Shown piece after piece: positions 18,342-27,424 of a stretch of 64,000 nucleotides of DNA. Under the pieces are notes generated by a model. That model was not told where the DNA came from and searched no databases. It saw nothing but the letters and a program-made list of their open reading frames with translations. Made by a program: the position numbers and the translations under genes. The first letter of the stretch is position 1. The number at the start of each line of letters is the position of its first letter. Source of the DNA: Bacteroidales bacterium (GTDB taxonomy: Bacteria; Bacteroidota; Bacteroidia; Bacteroidales; F082); assembly GCA_017645275.1 (NCBI GenBank), contig JAGCPH010000037.1, forward strand, positions 29,783-93,782, in the 5' to 3' direction.

Positions 18342-19596
18342 AGCCTGTGTATGGTTGTAATGCCTTTGGAATCAAGATACCGTCTTCTGTCTGGTTGTTT
18401 TCGAGCAACGCAGCCACGATTCTAGGAAGTGCCAGAGCGCTGCCGTTCAAGGTATGAGCCAACTTGATGTTGCCGTCTTTGTCCTTGAATCTCAGCTTCA
18501 TACGGTTCGACTGGAATGTCTCGAAGCATGACACCGAGCTAACCTCGAGCCACAGTTTCTGTGCTGCCGACCACACCTCGTAGTCGTATGTCATTGCTGA
18601 TGTCCAGCTCATGTCGCCGCCACAGAGACGCAACACATGGAATGGCAGCTCGAGCTTACGGAGCAGACCCGCCACATGTTCCTTCATCGCCTCAAGGCGT
18701 TCGTATGAGTTGTTCGGGTTGGCGATCTCGACGATTTCGACCTTGTCGAACTGGTGCAGACGGTTAAGTCCGCGCACGTTCTTGCCCCATGAGCCGGCCT
18801 CACGACGGAAGCAGTTGGAGTAAGCCACGCGTTTGATAGGGAGCTCGCTCTCTTGCACGATGACATCGCGGAAGATGTTGGTCACAGGCACCTCGGCGGT
18901 CGGGATCATATACATCTTATCGAGCGGCACCGCGTACATCTGGGCTTCCTTATCCGGCAGCTGGCCAGTGGCGTATGCCGAAGCCTCGTTGACCACGATA
19001 GGTGGCTGCACCTCGTAGTATCCGTCTTTCACAGCCTCATCGAGGAAGAAGTTGATGAGAGCGCGCTGCAGACGTGCGCCTTTACCGGTGTAGAACGGGA
19101 ATCCCGCGCCAGTCACCTTGTTACCGAGCTCGAAGTCGGCGAGTTTGTATTTGTTGAGCAACTCCCAATGTGGAAGAGCGTTAGCTGGAAGCTCAGGCAT
19201 CTTGCCTTCTTCGCTCACCACCAAGTTGTCGGCTGCTGTCTTGCCACGTGGCACCATCGGGTGCGGGGTGTTAGGAATCTCCACCAACTTACTCTGAATC
19301 AGTGCCTTAAGCTCTTCGAGGCGGTCGCCTTTCACCTTGGTGAATTCCTTCAGTTCAGCCACGCGAGCCTTCAATGGTGCTGCCTCAGCTGCTTTTCCCT
19401 GCTTGCAGAGGTCGCCCACCTGGCGTGCTATAGTGTTGGCTTCTGCCAAAGCCTCGTCGTTTTCCTGCTGTGTCTTGCGACGCTCATCGTCGAGCGCTAA
19501 AATCTCGTCAAGGAGTTCAAACCTCGTGAAGTTCTTGATACTCAGACGGTTGATACACTCCTCTTTATGTTCTCTAATATAAGGTATTGTTAACAT
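18325..19596 (-). CDS. serS: serine--tRNA ligase
   Basis: 423 aa. N-terminal coiled coil, class II motifs FRREAGS and GSALALPR. Confidence 0.95.
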   Translation of the reverse strand: MLTIPYIREHKEECINRLSIKNFTRFELLDEILALDDERRKTQQENDEALAEANTIARQVGDLCKQGKAAEAAPLKARVAELKEFTKVKGDRLEELKALIQSKLVEIPNTPHPMVPRGKTAADNLVVSEEGKMPELPANALPHWELLNKYKLADFELGNKVTGAGFPFYTGKGARLQRALINFFLDEAVKDGYYEVQPPIVVNEASAYATGQLPDKEAQMYAVPLDKMYMIPTAEVPVTNIFRDVIVQESELPIKRVAYSNCFRREAGSWGKNVRGLNRLHQFDKVEIVEIANPNNSYERLEAMKEHVAGLLRKLELPFHVLRLCGGDMSWTSAMTYDYEVWSAAQKLWLEVSSVSCFETFQSNRMKLRFKDKDGNIKLAHTLNGSALALPRIVAALLENNQTEDGILIPKALQPYTGFEIIK

Positions 19597-19615
19597 AGTT
19601 GTAAAAATTAACTTG

Positions 19616-19623
19616 CAAAAATA
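19616..19623 (-). promoter_or_regulatory. -7 box TAttTTTG (minus strand)
   Basis: Forward caaaaata, 20 nt upstream of the serS ATG. Confidence 0.55.
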
Positions 19624-19655
19624 ATAAATTTTTAAAAAACTTCAACTTTTTTTCG

Positions 19656-21239
19656 TCATTTCACATCTCTTGCCGCCCTCACTGCACTTCCGTAATACGG
19701 AATCTCATACTCCACCACTATCAAATCGTAATTATTTGTCCTTGAATCGAAGGTGTTGTTGTCGAATTTCACCACATTCATGCCAGTGCTAGTCCAGTAA
19801 AAACCAGCTTCGCCTCCACCCCTATAATCTTGAATATATCGCAAGCCTGCTGCAGGCAGAAACACCGCTCCTGCCGTCTCAAACACCGATTCCCATTCCG
19901 ACAATGAGATTTTGTTTGGCGCGCTGTCGTATCTGTCTTTTGCCTTCTTAAACTTATAAACCGCTGCCGCCCAGTCGTCAGGAAGCAATATCACGCCATT
20001 GACGCCATTTACCTGCGCCTTGGCATATCTCAATCCCGACATTGTCACACGTTTGTTGAGAATATAGTCCCATTCCTCGCTCGTCAAGGTGCGCCAAACG
20101 TTTCTCTTGTCGCCTCCGTTGGAGATTTTATTCACGCACCAGTCAAAAAATGGTGATTCGAAATAATACGGAAGTTTGGTGGTCGTAGCCGTAGGCCTGT
20201 TGCCGGTGCCACACGCGAAAAGGTCAAGCCAGCCTGCGTATTTCTTCGAGATATTTGCATTTCCAGCTCCCACAATATCCCATTGGTGTTCGGCAAAACG
20301 CCAAATCTTTTCTTTAGGGTTATATTGAAGGTTTCCTTTTGCGAAAACCACCTTGTCGCCCTTTGAATTGATGGCAAACAGTCCGCTCAAGGCACCCACA
20401 GGAACCGGCTGCAATGTCTTATTTATCTCATATGTCTTGCCTTCTTCGACGTAAAGCTCCGCATGCTCAGGATAATTGTCTGATTTCTTGATGGTTACGA
20501 CATGCGACCCAGTGATAATGTCATCCAACACCAATGGCGTTTTGCCACGACTAAGGCTATCTACATACACCGTAGCTCCTGCTGGCTCCGATGTCACCTT
20601 CAGGGTTCCGTGCGCAAAAGGCATCTCAATAACTATGTCATTGTCGGAACCGTCAACAATCTCTATGGTTTTCGTCACTGTCTGGTATTTCTCCAGCGAC
20701 ACTGTTATTTCGTAGGTGCCTGCCGCCATCATCTTGTTGAAATATGGCGTTTTCACCTTTAAAACCTTGCCATTCAGCTTTATCGTGGCACCGTTTTCCG
20801 GTATCGTTGACACTTTGAGCGCGCCCCAGCCTGCATTTACGGCTTTCACATTATTTACAAGCACAAGCTCATAGCCGGCTTTTGGCCGCATCTCCAAAGG
20901 AATATCGAAGCTCACCGAGCCGAGTTCAGGATGCGAAATCTTCAGTCTCGACGCCTTATGTGTGATATAAACCCACACCTCGCCATCTTTGTATTCCAAT
21001 TCAAAAAATACTGTTGCAATATTGCCAGAGTCGAAATTTAAGGCGCGGCGCTCCTTATCGGTGATGTTCTCGGTTCGCACTTTGATGACGGCATAAGGCA
21101 CGTAGTTCAAATCATACTGTCGTGATGTGATGTTGACAAAGCCAGGCACCTCCTTAAAGGAGCCTTCCTTCACTGAAATCTGCGCATTCGCGGCAAGCGA
21201 TAACAGGAAAACACCTAAAAAAAGCAAAAAATAACGTCT
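19656..21239 (-). CDS. secreted modular protein P1: shared N-module, 2 PEGA repeats, FISUMP-like lectin-fold C-terminal domain
   Basis: Signal peptide MRRYFLLFLGVFLLSLAANAQ. N-module ISVKEGSFKEVPGFVNI...PYAVIKVRTENITDKERR...GEVWVYI...LKISHPE...GYELVLVN. PEGA repeats such as GTLKVTSEPAGATVYVDSLSRGKTP. C-terminus GNLQY..WRFAEHQW..WRTLTSEEWDY..AVFLPAAGLRY..FYWTST..GSAVRAARD. Start chosen by analogy with the paralogs; the ORF extends to 21257. Confidence 0.7.
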   Translation of the reverse strand, partial: RRYFLLFLGVFLLSLAANAQISVKEGSFKEVPGFVNITSRQYDLNYVPYAVIKVRTENITDKERRALNFDSGNIATVFFELEYKDGEVWVYITHKASRLKISHPELGSVSFDIPLEMRPKAGYELVLVNNVKAVNAGWGALKVSTIPENGATIKLNGKVLKVKTPYFNKMMAAGTYEITVSLEKYQTVTKTIEIVDGSDNDIVIEMPFAHGTLKVTSEPAGATVYVDSLSRGKTPLVLDDIITGSHVVTIKKSDNYPEHAELYVEEGKTYEINKTLQPVPVGALSGLFAINSKGDKVVFAKGNLQYNPKEKIWRFAEHQWDIVGAGNANISKKYAGWLDLFACGTGNRPTATTTKLPYYFESPFFDWCVNKISNGGDKRNVWRTLTSEEWDYILNKRVTMSGLRYAKAQVNGVNGVILLPDDWAAAVYKFKKAKDRYDSAPNKISLSEWESVFETAGAVFLPAAGLRYIQDYRGGGEAGFYWTSTGMNVVKFDNNTFDSRTNNYDLIVVEYEIPYYGSAVRAARDVK

Positions 21240-21246
21240 CATAATT

Positions 21247-22722
21247 TTAATTATCAAGTACCAGTCGCAAGCCTAAATCTTTGGCCTTCGTATCTGGTTT
21301 GAAATATACGCTCGAAGTGTTTTTGCACCTATCTGCTTCGCACGAAAAGCTTCCGCCCATGGCGCAATGGAAGCCGTTGGCATCGACATCGGTGCACATC
21401 TCATAAACATTGCCGCTCATGTCGAACAATCCGAGTTCGTTGTCGTGTTTCTCGGCAATATTATGGATGCTTCGTGTCATGTTGTAATAATCCTGCTGCT
21501 GTTCCTGGGTGTGTCGCCGGCCCATCAGATAACTGCCGCTGTTGCCGTTATACCACGCCACTTTGTTGATGTCGTTGTCGCCACTGTATTCGTAGCCTTT
21601 GCTCCATTTTCCGCCTTTTGCGGCATATTCCCATTCAGCTCGGGTGGGCAATCGGAAATTAGCCTTCGTCATCTTGTTAAGCTTCTTTATAAACTTAAGA
21701 CAATCATCGTATGTCACCGATTCAACCGGATGACGACTGCCTCCGTTTCTGCTTGGGTTATCGCCCATAACCGTTTTCCAAAGCTCTTGTGTCACCTCTG
21801 TTCTCCCAATATAATAATCGCCCGAAGGTCCGCCTTTCACCAAAATCATGTCGAAAATCGCTTTTTTGACAGTAAAAGACTTAATTATTTTAGCAACAAT
21901 GAGTGGCATTTTATAAACCCAATCTTCATCATCTTCAAGAATCATGGTTTCTTCAATGACGTTATACTCGTCTTTGACCAATTTCAACTTATGTTTTCCA
22001 ACTTTTATATCATTGACAATCAACGGTGTAACACCTTTATCAACGCCATCGATATAAACTGTTGCGCCGGCAGGATATGTCTCGATATTGATAATGCCAT
22101 ATGAAAGATCCAAATCGATATTGATTTTTTCTTCTTTGCCTTTTACAATGTTTATCTGGCGTGTAACTGTCTGATAATTCTTTTTTGAGACCACCAATTC
22201 ATGTTGTCCTGCTGCCATCACATCATTAGTATAAGGTGTTGTCTCGCTCACTTTGACGCCGTTTATCAGCACTGTGGCGCCAGCCGGGTTGGTGGTGACA
22301 GTTAAAACACCTGTGCCGCCGCCGTTTCTGTCGATGGCGCCATTCACCAGCACCAGTTCGTAACCTTGCAATGGCTGCAAATCGTATGGAATGGTAAATT
22401 CCGTCGAGCTGAGGTCGGGATGTGTGATTTTCAGATATGTAGCAAGATATGTGAGATACACCCACACCTCGTTTCCATGAACTTCCACCTCGAGAAACGT
22501 ACGAGCGTCGCCTTTGAAATCCAATTTCGGCAGTTCGTCGGCACTCAAATTCTCCGTCTTTATCCTGATGACCGCAAACGGGGTGTAGTTGTCGTCGGTC
22601 ATGTCTTCCTTCATCGTGAAAAACTGACCGGCATCATGAAACGAGCCTTCCTTTACTGAAATCTGGGCTCTCACACATAACGATGCAAACAATATCAACA
22701 ATAAAACATATAAACGTCTCAT
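21247..22722 (-). CDS. secreted modular protein P2: shared N-module, 2 PEGA repeats, FGE/SUMF1-like C-terminal domain
   Basis: Signal peptide MRRLYVLLLILFASLCVRAQ and the N-module. PEGA repeats such as GVLTVTTNPAGATVLINGVKV. C-terminus IGRTEVTQELWKTVMGDNPS..HPVESVTYDDCLKFIKKLN..FRLPTRAEWEYAAKGG..GLFDMSGNVYEM..GGSFSCEADRC..LGLRLV. Confidence 0.75.
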   Translation of the reverse strand: MRRLYVLLLILFASLCVRAQISVKEGSFHDAGQFFTMKEDMTDDNYTPFAVIRIKTENLSADELPKLDFKGDARTFLEVEVHGNEVWVYLTYLATYLKITHPDLSSTEFTIPYDLQPLQGYELVLVNGAIDRNGGGTGVLTVTTNPAGATVLINGVKVSETTPYTNDVMAAGQHELVVSKKNYQTVTRQINIVKGKEEKINIDLDLSYGIINIETYPAGATVYIDGVDKGVTPLIVNDIKVGKHKLKLVKDEYNVIEETMILEDDEDWVYKMPLIVAKIIKSFTVKKAIFDMILVKGGPSGDYYIGRTEVTQELWKTVMGDNPSRNGGSRHPVESVTYDDCLKFIKKLNKMTKANFRLPTRAEWEYAAKGGKWSKGYEYSGDNDINKVAWYNGNSGSYLMGRRHTQEQQQDYYNMTRSIHNIAEKHDNELGLFDMSGNVYEMCTDVDANGFHCAMGGSFSCEADRCKNTSSVYFKPDTKAKDLGLRLVLDN

Positions 22723-22726
22723 ATAC

Positions 22727-22779
22727 TTAAACTCTAAACTTTAATACTACTCTAAACTCTACACTCTCAACTCTAAACT
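22727..22779. repeat. family D G-free heptad-like tract
   Basis: ttaaactctaaactttaatactactctaaactctacactctcaactctaaact. Lies between the P5 stop and the P2 start. Confidence 0.8.
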
Positions 22780-24589
22780 AATTGAATCTCACGTCGCTCA
22801 TATTCATCAACTTCTCGAGATCGACCTTGTCAGGCTGCCAGGCACGGACGTGGATTAGAGGCTGTGCTCCACGCAAGTCGACGAGCAGGAACAGATAGCC
22901 CACATCGCCATACGATGACGAGAAATATTCCTGTCGCACGCGCACTCCGTACACGTCTTTGGTGTTGTTAGCCTTGGTGAAATCTGTCTCAGTGAAGCGC
23001 AGTCTGATGTACTCGTTGTTACCGAAACACTGCCTGAGATTATTCATGTAGGTGTCCTTGTCGTATTTCGTCAGCTCGGCCTCTTCAGCCGTCAGCTTCA
23101 GCGTCAGACGGTCAGGAATCTCGGTCTTTTTCACCATGCGGCCCACGATGATAAGTGCGTCGTCGGAATAGATGCTCTCGAGGTATCTGTGTCGTTTCAA
23201 GGCGTATGCCGTCTGGTAATCCTCAAGAAAATTCACCAAGATAAGTCTCGAATCCTCGGGCCATTTCGTCTTCGAGATGATGTCGTATTCGGCCTGGTCG
23301 GAGAGACGGAACGCCAGCGAGGTCACTACCTTATTAATAGTGTCGAAGCGGAACACCACGTCTTGCGAGAAGCCCGGCGTGTTACGGAAGTCGAACTGCA
23401 GGGTGATGCTTCGGCAGAGCACTTCGTCCTTATATTTCAATAACTTATAGTCAGGTTTGCCCACCACGGTCATCCTGCCATAATGCGAGAGGGTGTCGAG
23501 CATGTTGTAGCCTTCTGTCGAGAAGCACTCGCGTGCCATAGAAATATTATTATTACGTAAAGCATTCTCTATCAGCGACATACGCTCAAGATAAATGTTT
23601 TCGCTCACGGCACGGTTATGTTCCACCTTGTTCCAGCCCTGCACCTCTTCGTCTTTCTTGACGTTCATGGTCTTCTCGAGGTCGACGGTGTAGATATTGT
23701 TAGAGAAACGCGGCACTTTGATGAGTTCGATGGCGTTCGACACGGCCACATTCATCTTCTTGGCATCTTCTTTAAAGTCGTAGTTCACCTTGATTTTGAA
23801 ACTCTTGGCATCTTTGTCGTGCAGCTGAACAATGAGTTTGCCGTCGCGCACGGTGTTAGGCATGAACTTACGTCCATCATGGCATTCGCAGCGAAGGTTA
23901 ACCACGTCCTGGCCGGATGTGTTCTGCACACGGAGCTTCACGATCATTCCGTCGTCGGTCTGTTCGATGCCGTTTTCTTTCGGGACGATGAATTTAAACG
24001 ACCTCAGTATGCCGTCGTTGCCGCTGATACGTTCCACAAGCCATTCATAATCAACGGTTCCGCTGTCGCCATGGAAAAGCAGTTTCTTGCCTTGAGGGTG
24101 TGCGTAGGTGAGCATCAGGGCCCAGTAATATGCTTTCAGGGCGTCTTCGAGGCAGACATCCTCTTCCATCTTCATACCTTTTATAATATAGCGTTGTATG
24201 TCGTCGCGGCGTTCGTTGCACAAGGCGCGGAAGTCGGGGCGTCGGATGACTATAAGGTATTGATATTCTTCGTCATCGTCGTCTTCGATCACTGCTCTCT
24301 CCAAGGCTTTCTCGTCGATTCTCTCCTTGAAAGTCCTGATGATGTTTTCCACTTGTTTGTCGCCGTTTCCGGCAATGTATATTGCGTTGGAGTTGCAGTT
24401 TTTGGCGATATTGGCATAAAGTTCGCTTCTTGCGGCCTCGGTTGCCTCGTCCGACGAGTTGCACACGTTGCTCAGTCCATAGTACAGTGTGGTGTCGTTT
24501 TTGATGGCTTCCAGTTCTTTTTGTTTTATCTGTGCGAATGCTATATTAGCTAAAGCCATAAAAACCAGTAATATATAAAATCTCTTCAT
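22778..24589 (-). CDS. secreted 603-aa protein P5 of unknown function (N-terminus possibly LPP20-like)
   Basis: Signal peptide MKRFYILLVFMALANIAFAQ. No motif that I can name with confidence. Embedded in the P-gene operon. Confidence 0.6.
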   Translation of the reverse strand: MKRFYILLVFMALANIAFAQIKQKELEAIKNDTTLYYGLSNVCNSSDEATEAARSELYANIAKNCNSNAIYIAGNGDKQVENIIRTFKERIDEKALERAVIEDDDDEEYQYLIVIRRPDFRALCNERRDDIQRYIIKGMKMEEDVCLEDALKAYYWALMLTYAHPQGKKLLFHGDSGTVDYEWLVERISGNDGILRSFKFIVPKENGIEQTDDGMIVKLRVQNTSGQDVVNLRCECHDGRKFMPNTVRDGKLIVQLHDKDAKSFKIKVNYDFKEDAKKMNVAVSNAIELIKVPRFSNNIYTVDLEKTMNVKKDEEVQGWNKVEHNRAVSENIYLERMSLIENALRNNNISMARECFSTEGYNMLDTLSHYGRMTVVGKPDYKLLKYKDEVLCRSITLQFDFRNTPGFSQDVVFRFDTINKVVTSLAFRLSDQAEYDIISKTKWPEDSRLILVNFLEDYQTAYALKRHRYLESIYSDDALIIVGRMVKKTEIPDRLTLKLTAEEAELTKYDKDTYMNNLRQCFGNNEYIRLRFTETDFTKANNTKDVYGVRVRQEYFSSSYGDVGYLFLLVDLRGAQPLIHVRAWQPDKVDLEKLMNMSDVRFN

Positions 24590-24600
24590 AAAAAGTAATA

Positions 24601-25683
24601 TTAATTCTCTATATCACAAACCAAACGAACACTCTGTCCGATATATCGGCCGCGGGAATCTGTAACATAAATATCACCAGATAAAAAGTACACATTATAT
24701 GCGCCAACACCAGAATTGTTAGTCGCCGACCAATATAAGCCTCGGAAACCAACAAGATTCATTGTTGTACCTTCACGCCAACCAGCAGAAGGCAAAAACA
24801 CGGCTCCATTAGCCTCGAAAATGTTATTCCAATCTGTAGATGAGATTTCGTTTTCCGGAAAATCCACAGTGCCTACGTTAGGACTATTCAGATTATAAAG
24901 GGCGTTATCCCAATCATCGGGTAACAGCACCACTCCCCAGGTGCCATCCACTATAGCTTTAGCGAATCTGATTCCACTGCTTGTAGAGCGTTCATTGAAC
25001 ACATAAGACCACTCGTCTTTTGTCAGAGTTCTCCATAAGTTGGCTGCATTGCCGCCGTTGGAGATCGGGTTGGCACCCCAGTCGGTGAATGCCGGATAAT
25101 TGACATTATCTGTTGAAGAATTTGTAGGATTGTCGCCGGTTCCCCATCCAAACATGTCAATCCAGCCGTCGTAAGTTGAGGAGATATTGGAATTGTTTTC
25201 GCCTATACAGACAAACTGGTTATCGGCAAAACGCCATGTGCCTGTTGATGCCCTATATTGCAGATTGCCTTGAGAAAAACTGACTTTTTGTGTCGCACTG
25301 ACTGAAAACTCACTTTTAATCAATCCAGGAAAATCAGTCTGAACACTTTTAACATCAGTTTTTATAATATCAACGCCGTTATTGCATTCAATACAATAAT
25401 AATATAAGGTGTTTTCTGTCAAATTCTCAAAATTAATCACAAACTGATTACCGTTTACAGTAGCATTTGCGCTTGATGCGTTGCTCATGTCGCTGTTTCG
25501 GCTAATGTAGCCCACCACACTTTTCAGCGCAGTAACGTAAGTGTAACTTGCCGATACTTTAATAGAAGTGGTGCTCTTGACAACGCTTTCTGAGGTTATC
25601 TCTAGTTTTTCAATTGTCAATTCTCTTTTTTTGCATCCAAAAAACAAGAGCGGTATCAATGCTATTATCAAATACTTTTTCAT
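24601..25683 (-). CDS. lipoprotein with Ig/Fn3-like N-terminal region and FISUMP-like lectin-fold C-terminal domain
   Basis: Lipobox LLFFGCKK. The C-terminal domain matches P1: GNLQYRASTGTWRFADNQF..GWIDMFGWGTG..WRTLTKDEWSY..AVFLPSAGWR..LYWSAT..GQSVRLVCD. Confidence 0.7.
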   Translation of the reverse strand: MKKYLIIALIPLLFFGCKKRELTIEKLEITSESVVKSTTSIKVSASYTYVTALKSVVGYISRNSDMSNASSANATVNGNQFVINFENLTENTLYYYCIECNNGVDIIKTDVKSVQTDFPGLIKSEFSVSATQKVSFSQGNLQYRASTGTWRFADNQFVCIGENNSNISSTYDGWIDMFGWGTGDNPTNSSTDNVNYPAFTDWGANPISNGGNAANLWRTLTKDEWSYVFNERSTSSGIRFAKAIVDGTWGVVLLPDDWDNALYNLNSPNVGTVDFPENEISSTDWNNIFEANGAVFLPSAGWREGTTMNLVGFRGLYWSATNNSGVGAYNVYFLSGDIYVTDSRGRYIGQSVRLVCDIEN

Positions 25684-25685
25684 AA

Positions 25686-27008
25686 CTATTTGTTTTTAAG
25701 TCCTAATCCTAAACCTATTTTAATTTCAAACATATTGAAACCTGTTGTAACACCATCAACAGAGACAACAAAACCGCGGAAATTGCCTTGCAAGCCGAGT
25801 GACAAATCGATGCCTTGGGCACTTGTCGAAGTGTCTTTCACCCAATAGCCGCTGCTTGTTTCATAGCGTTGCATCCTGATGCCGTAGCCCACTCCCACTC
25901 TGAAAGCCATCGGACCCGAAATACGCATCAAAAAGCCGCCCATCACAGAGAGCGAGGTGTATGAGCCGTTGTCTGTATATTGCGGATAATATGAAGTTCC
26001 GTCAATTGTAACGTAATGATTTTCATCACATTCATAATCGTATTTGGTGTCGAACTTGAAATTGGTCATCACACTTGCGAACCATCCGAAGCGTTTCATA
26101 CTTCCTATTGTTATGCCATACGCCATATCATTATACTGATTCATTGAAGCGTTGAGTGTCAGGAACTTATACTTTATCGGCATATTCAGACTCAAGCTGA
26201 TGTCGCTTTCATCACTCACTGTGATTCTACGTCTGGCATCGTCAAAGCCGCCTTTCACCACTCTTACGGTATGGTCTCCACTCTTCAATTTTATTGATTT
26301 TAAAGGAGTTAAGCCCGTTTCGGTGCCATCAATGTAAACTTTGGCACCATTTTCGGGGCTGCTTGTCACGTTGACATAACCGTATGCCGGACGCAGTTTG
26401 CGTTCAACTGTTATCGGGTCGCCAACCGGAATCTCGGCTGTTCCGTTTTCTGTATGGAAATATTCGCATTCTATGCGCCATTCGTGGGTCTCGCCTGCTG
26501 GAAGTTCTTTTGAAATTTCATTCTCACCCACAAAAACATCGTCAATAAAAATACGTGAATTCGGCTGGTCGGCTTTGACAATCAGATAGTTATAGACAAT
26601 TTCAGCTTCTTCACTATTCCATTTGCTAATCAGTGTCACCTCATAGCCGTGTTTCGGTTTCATATCAGATGGAAAATAGAACTCAACCGAGCTCATATCG
26701 GGATGCGAAATCTTGATATATGAAGCGTAGTAGCTGATGTAGAGCCACACTTCGCCTGTCTGGTATTCCACTTCGAAAAACGTGCGGGCATCGCCTTGGA
26801 ACAGCAGCTCGCGTCGTTGTTTGTCGGTTATTTTCTCCGTACGAATCTTCAGTACGGCATATGGCTGGTCATTGTCGTCGTACATCTTTTCGGTGTTGAT
26901 GTTCACAAAACCTAGCACTTCCTTAAAGGAGTTGGGTTTTATCTCCAGCTGTGCAAAAGCTGGCAACGATAACAATGTCACTAATAACAATAGTAGAACT
27001 TTCCTCAT
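25686..27008 (-). CDS. secreted modular protein P3: shared N-module, PEGA repeats, beta-strand-rich C-terminal domain (possible membrane anchor)
   Basis: Signal peptide MRKVLLLLLVTLLSLPAFAQ and the N-module. PEGA repeat YGYVNVTSSPENGAKVYIDGTETGLTP. The C-terminal ~170 aa has an alternating hydrophobic pattern rich in G/Y/F, ending FEIKIGLGLGLKNK. Start set at the M downstream of the -7 box. Confidence 0.65.
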   Translation of the reverse strand: MRKVLLLLLVTLLSLPAFAQLEIKPNSFKEVLGFVNINTEKMYDDNDQPYAVLKIRTEKITDKQRRELLFQGDARTFFEVEYQTGEVWLYISYYASYIKISHPDMSSVEFYFPSDMKPKHGYEVTLISKWNSEEAEIVYNYLIVKADQPNSRIFIDDVFVGENEISKELPAGETHEWRIECEYFHTENGTAEIPVGDPITVERKLRPAYGYVNVTSSPENGAKVYIDGTETGLTPLKSIKLKSGDHTVRVVKGGFDDARRRITVSDESDISLSLNMPIKYKFLTLNASMNQYNDMAYGITIGSMKRFGWFASVMTNFKFDTKYDYECDENHYVTIDGTSYYPQYTDNGSYTSLSVMGGFLMRISGPMAFRVGVGYGIRMQRYETSSGYWVKDTSTSAQGIDLSLGLQGNFRGFVVSVDGVTTGFNMFEIKIGLGLGLKNK

Positions 27009-27027
27009 TTTATAAAAATTAATGGCA

Positions 27028-27035
27028 CAAAAATA
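27028..27035 (-). promoter_or_regulatory. -7 box TAttTTTG (minus strand) for the P3-P1 operon
   Basis: Forward caaaaata, 20 nt upstream of the ATG at 27008 and directly downstream of the rpmA terminator. Confidence 0.55.
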
Positions 27036-27072
27036 CAAATTTTCTGGAACAAAAACAAATTAATAAAAAAAT

Positions 27073-27100
27073 GTAGAGACATACGACCGTATGTCTCTAC
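27073..27100 (-). terminator. rho-independent terminator of rplU-rpmA (family E palindrome)
   Basis: gtagagacatacgaccgtatgtctctac has a 12-bp stem. On the minus strand it is followed by attttttt. Confidence 0.75.
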
Positions 27101-27127
27101 TATTTTTCTGTTCGTTTTCAATTACGC

Positions 27128-27400
27128 TTACTCTGTCACTTCGGCTGAAACCGGGATGACATTCACGTATGAACGATCTTCTCTTTTCTTTGTGAATTCC
27201 ACGATGCCGTCTGTCAAAGCGAACAAAGTGTGGTCTTTGCCCATTCCGACATTGTCACCAGGATAGTGCTGTGTGCCGCGCTGACGAACGATGATGTTGC
27301 CTGCGATGACTGCCTGTCCACCGAAAACCTTAACTCCGAGTCGTTTGCTATGTGATTCACGACCGTTTTCGGAACTACCAACGCCTTTCTTGTGTGCCAT
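27128..27400 (-). CDS. rpmA: 50S ribosomal protein L27
   Basis: [29 protein letters not shown]. Confidence 0.97.
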   Translation of the reverse strand: MAHKKGVGSSENGRESHSKRLGVKVFGGQAVIAGNIIVRQRGTQHYPGDNVGMGKDHTLFALTDGIVEFTKKREDRSYVNVIPVSAEVTE

Positions 27401-27424
27401 AATTCTTTAAATTTTTTCGGTTTA

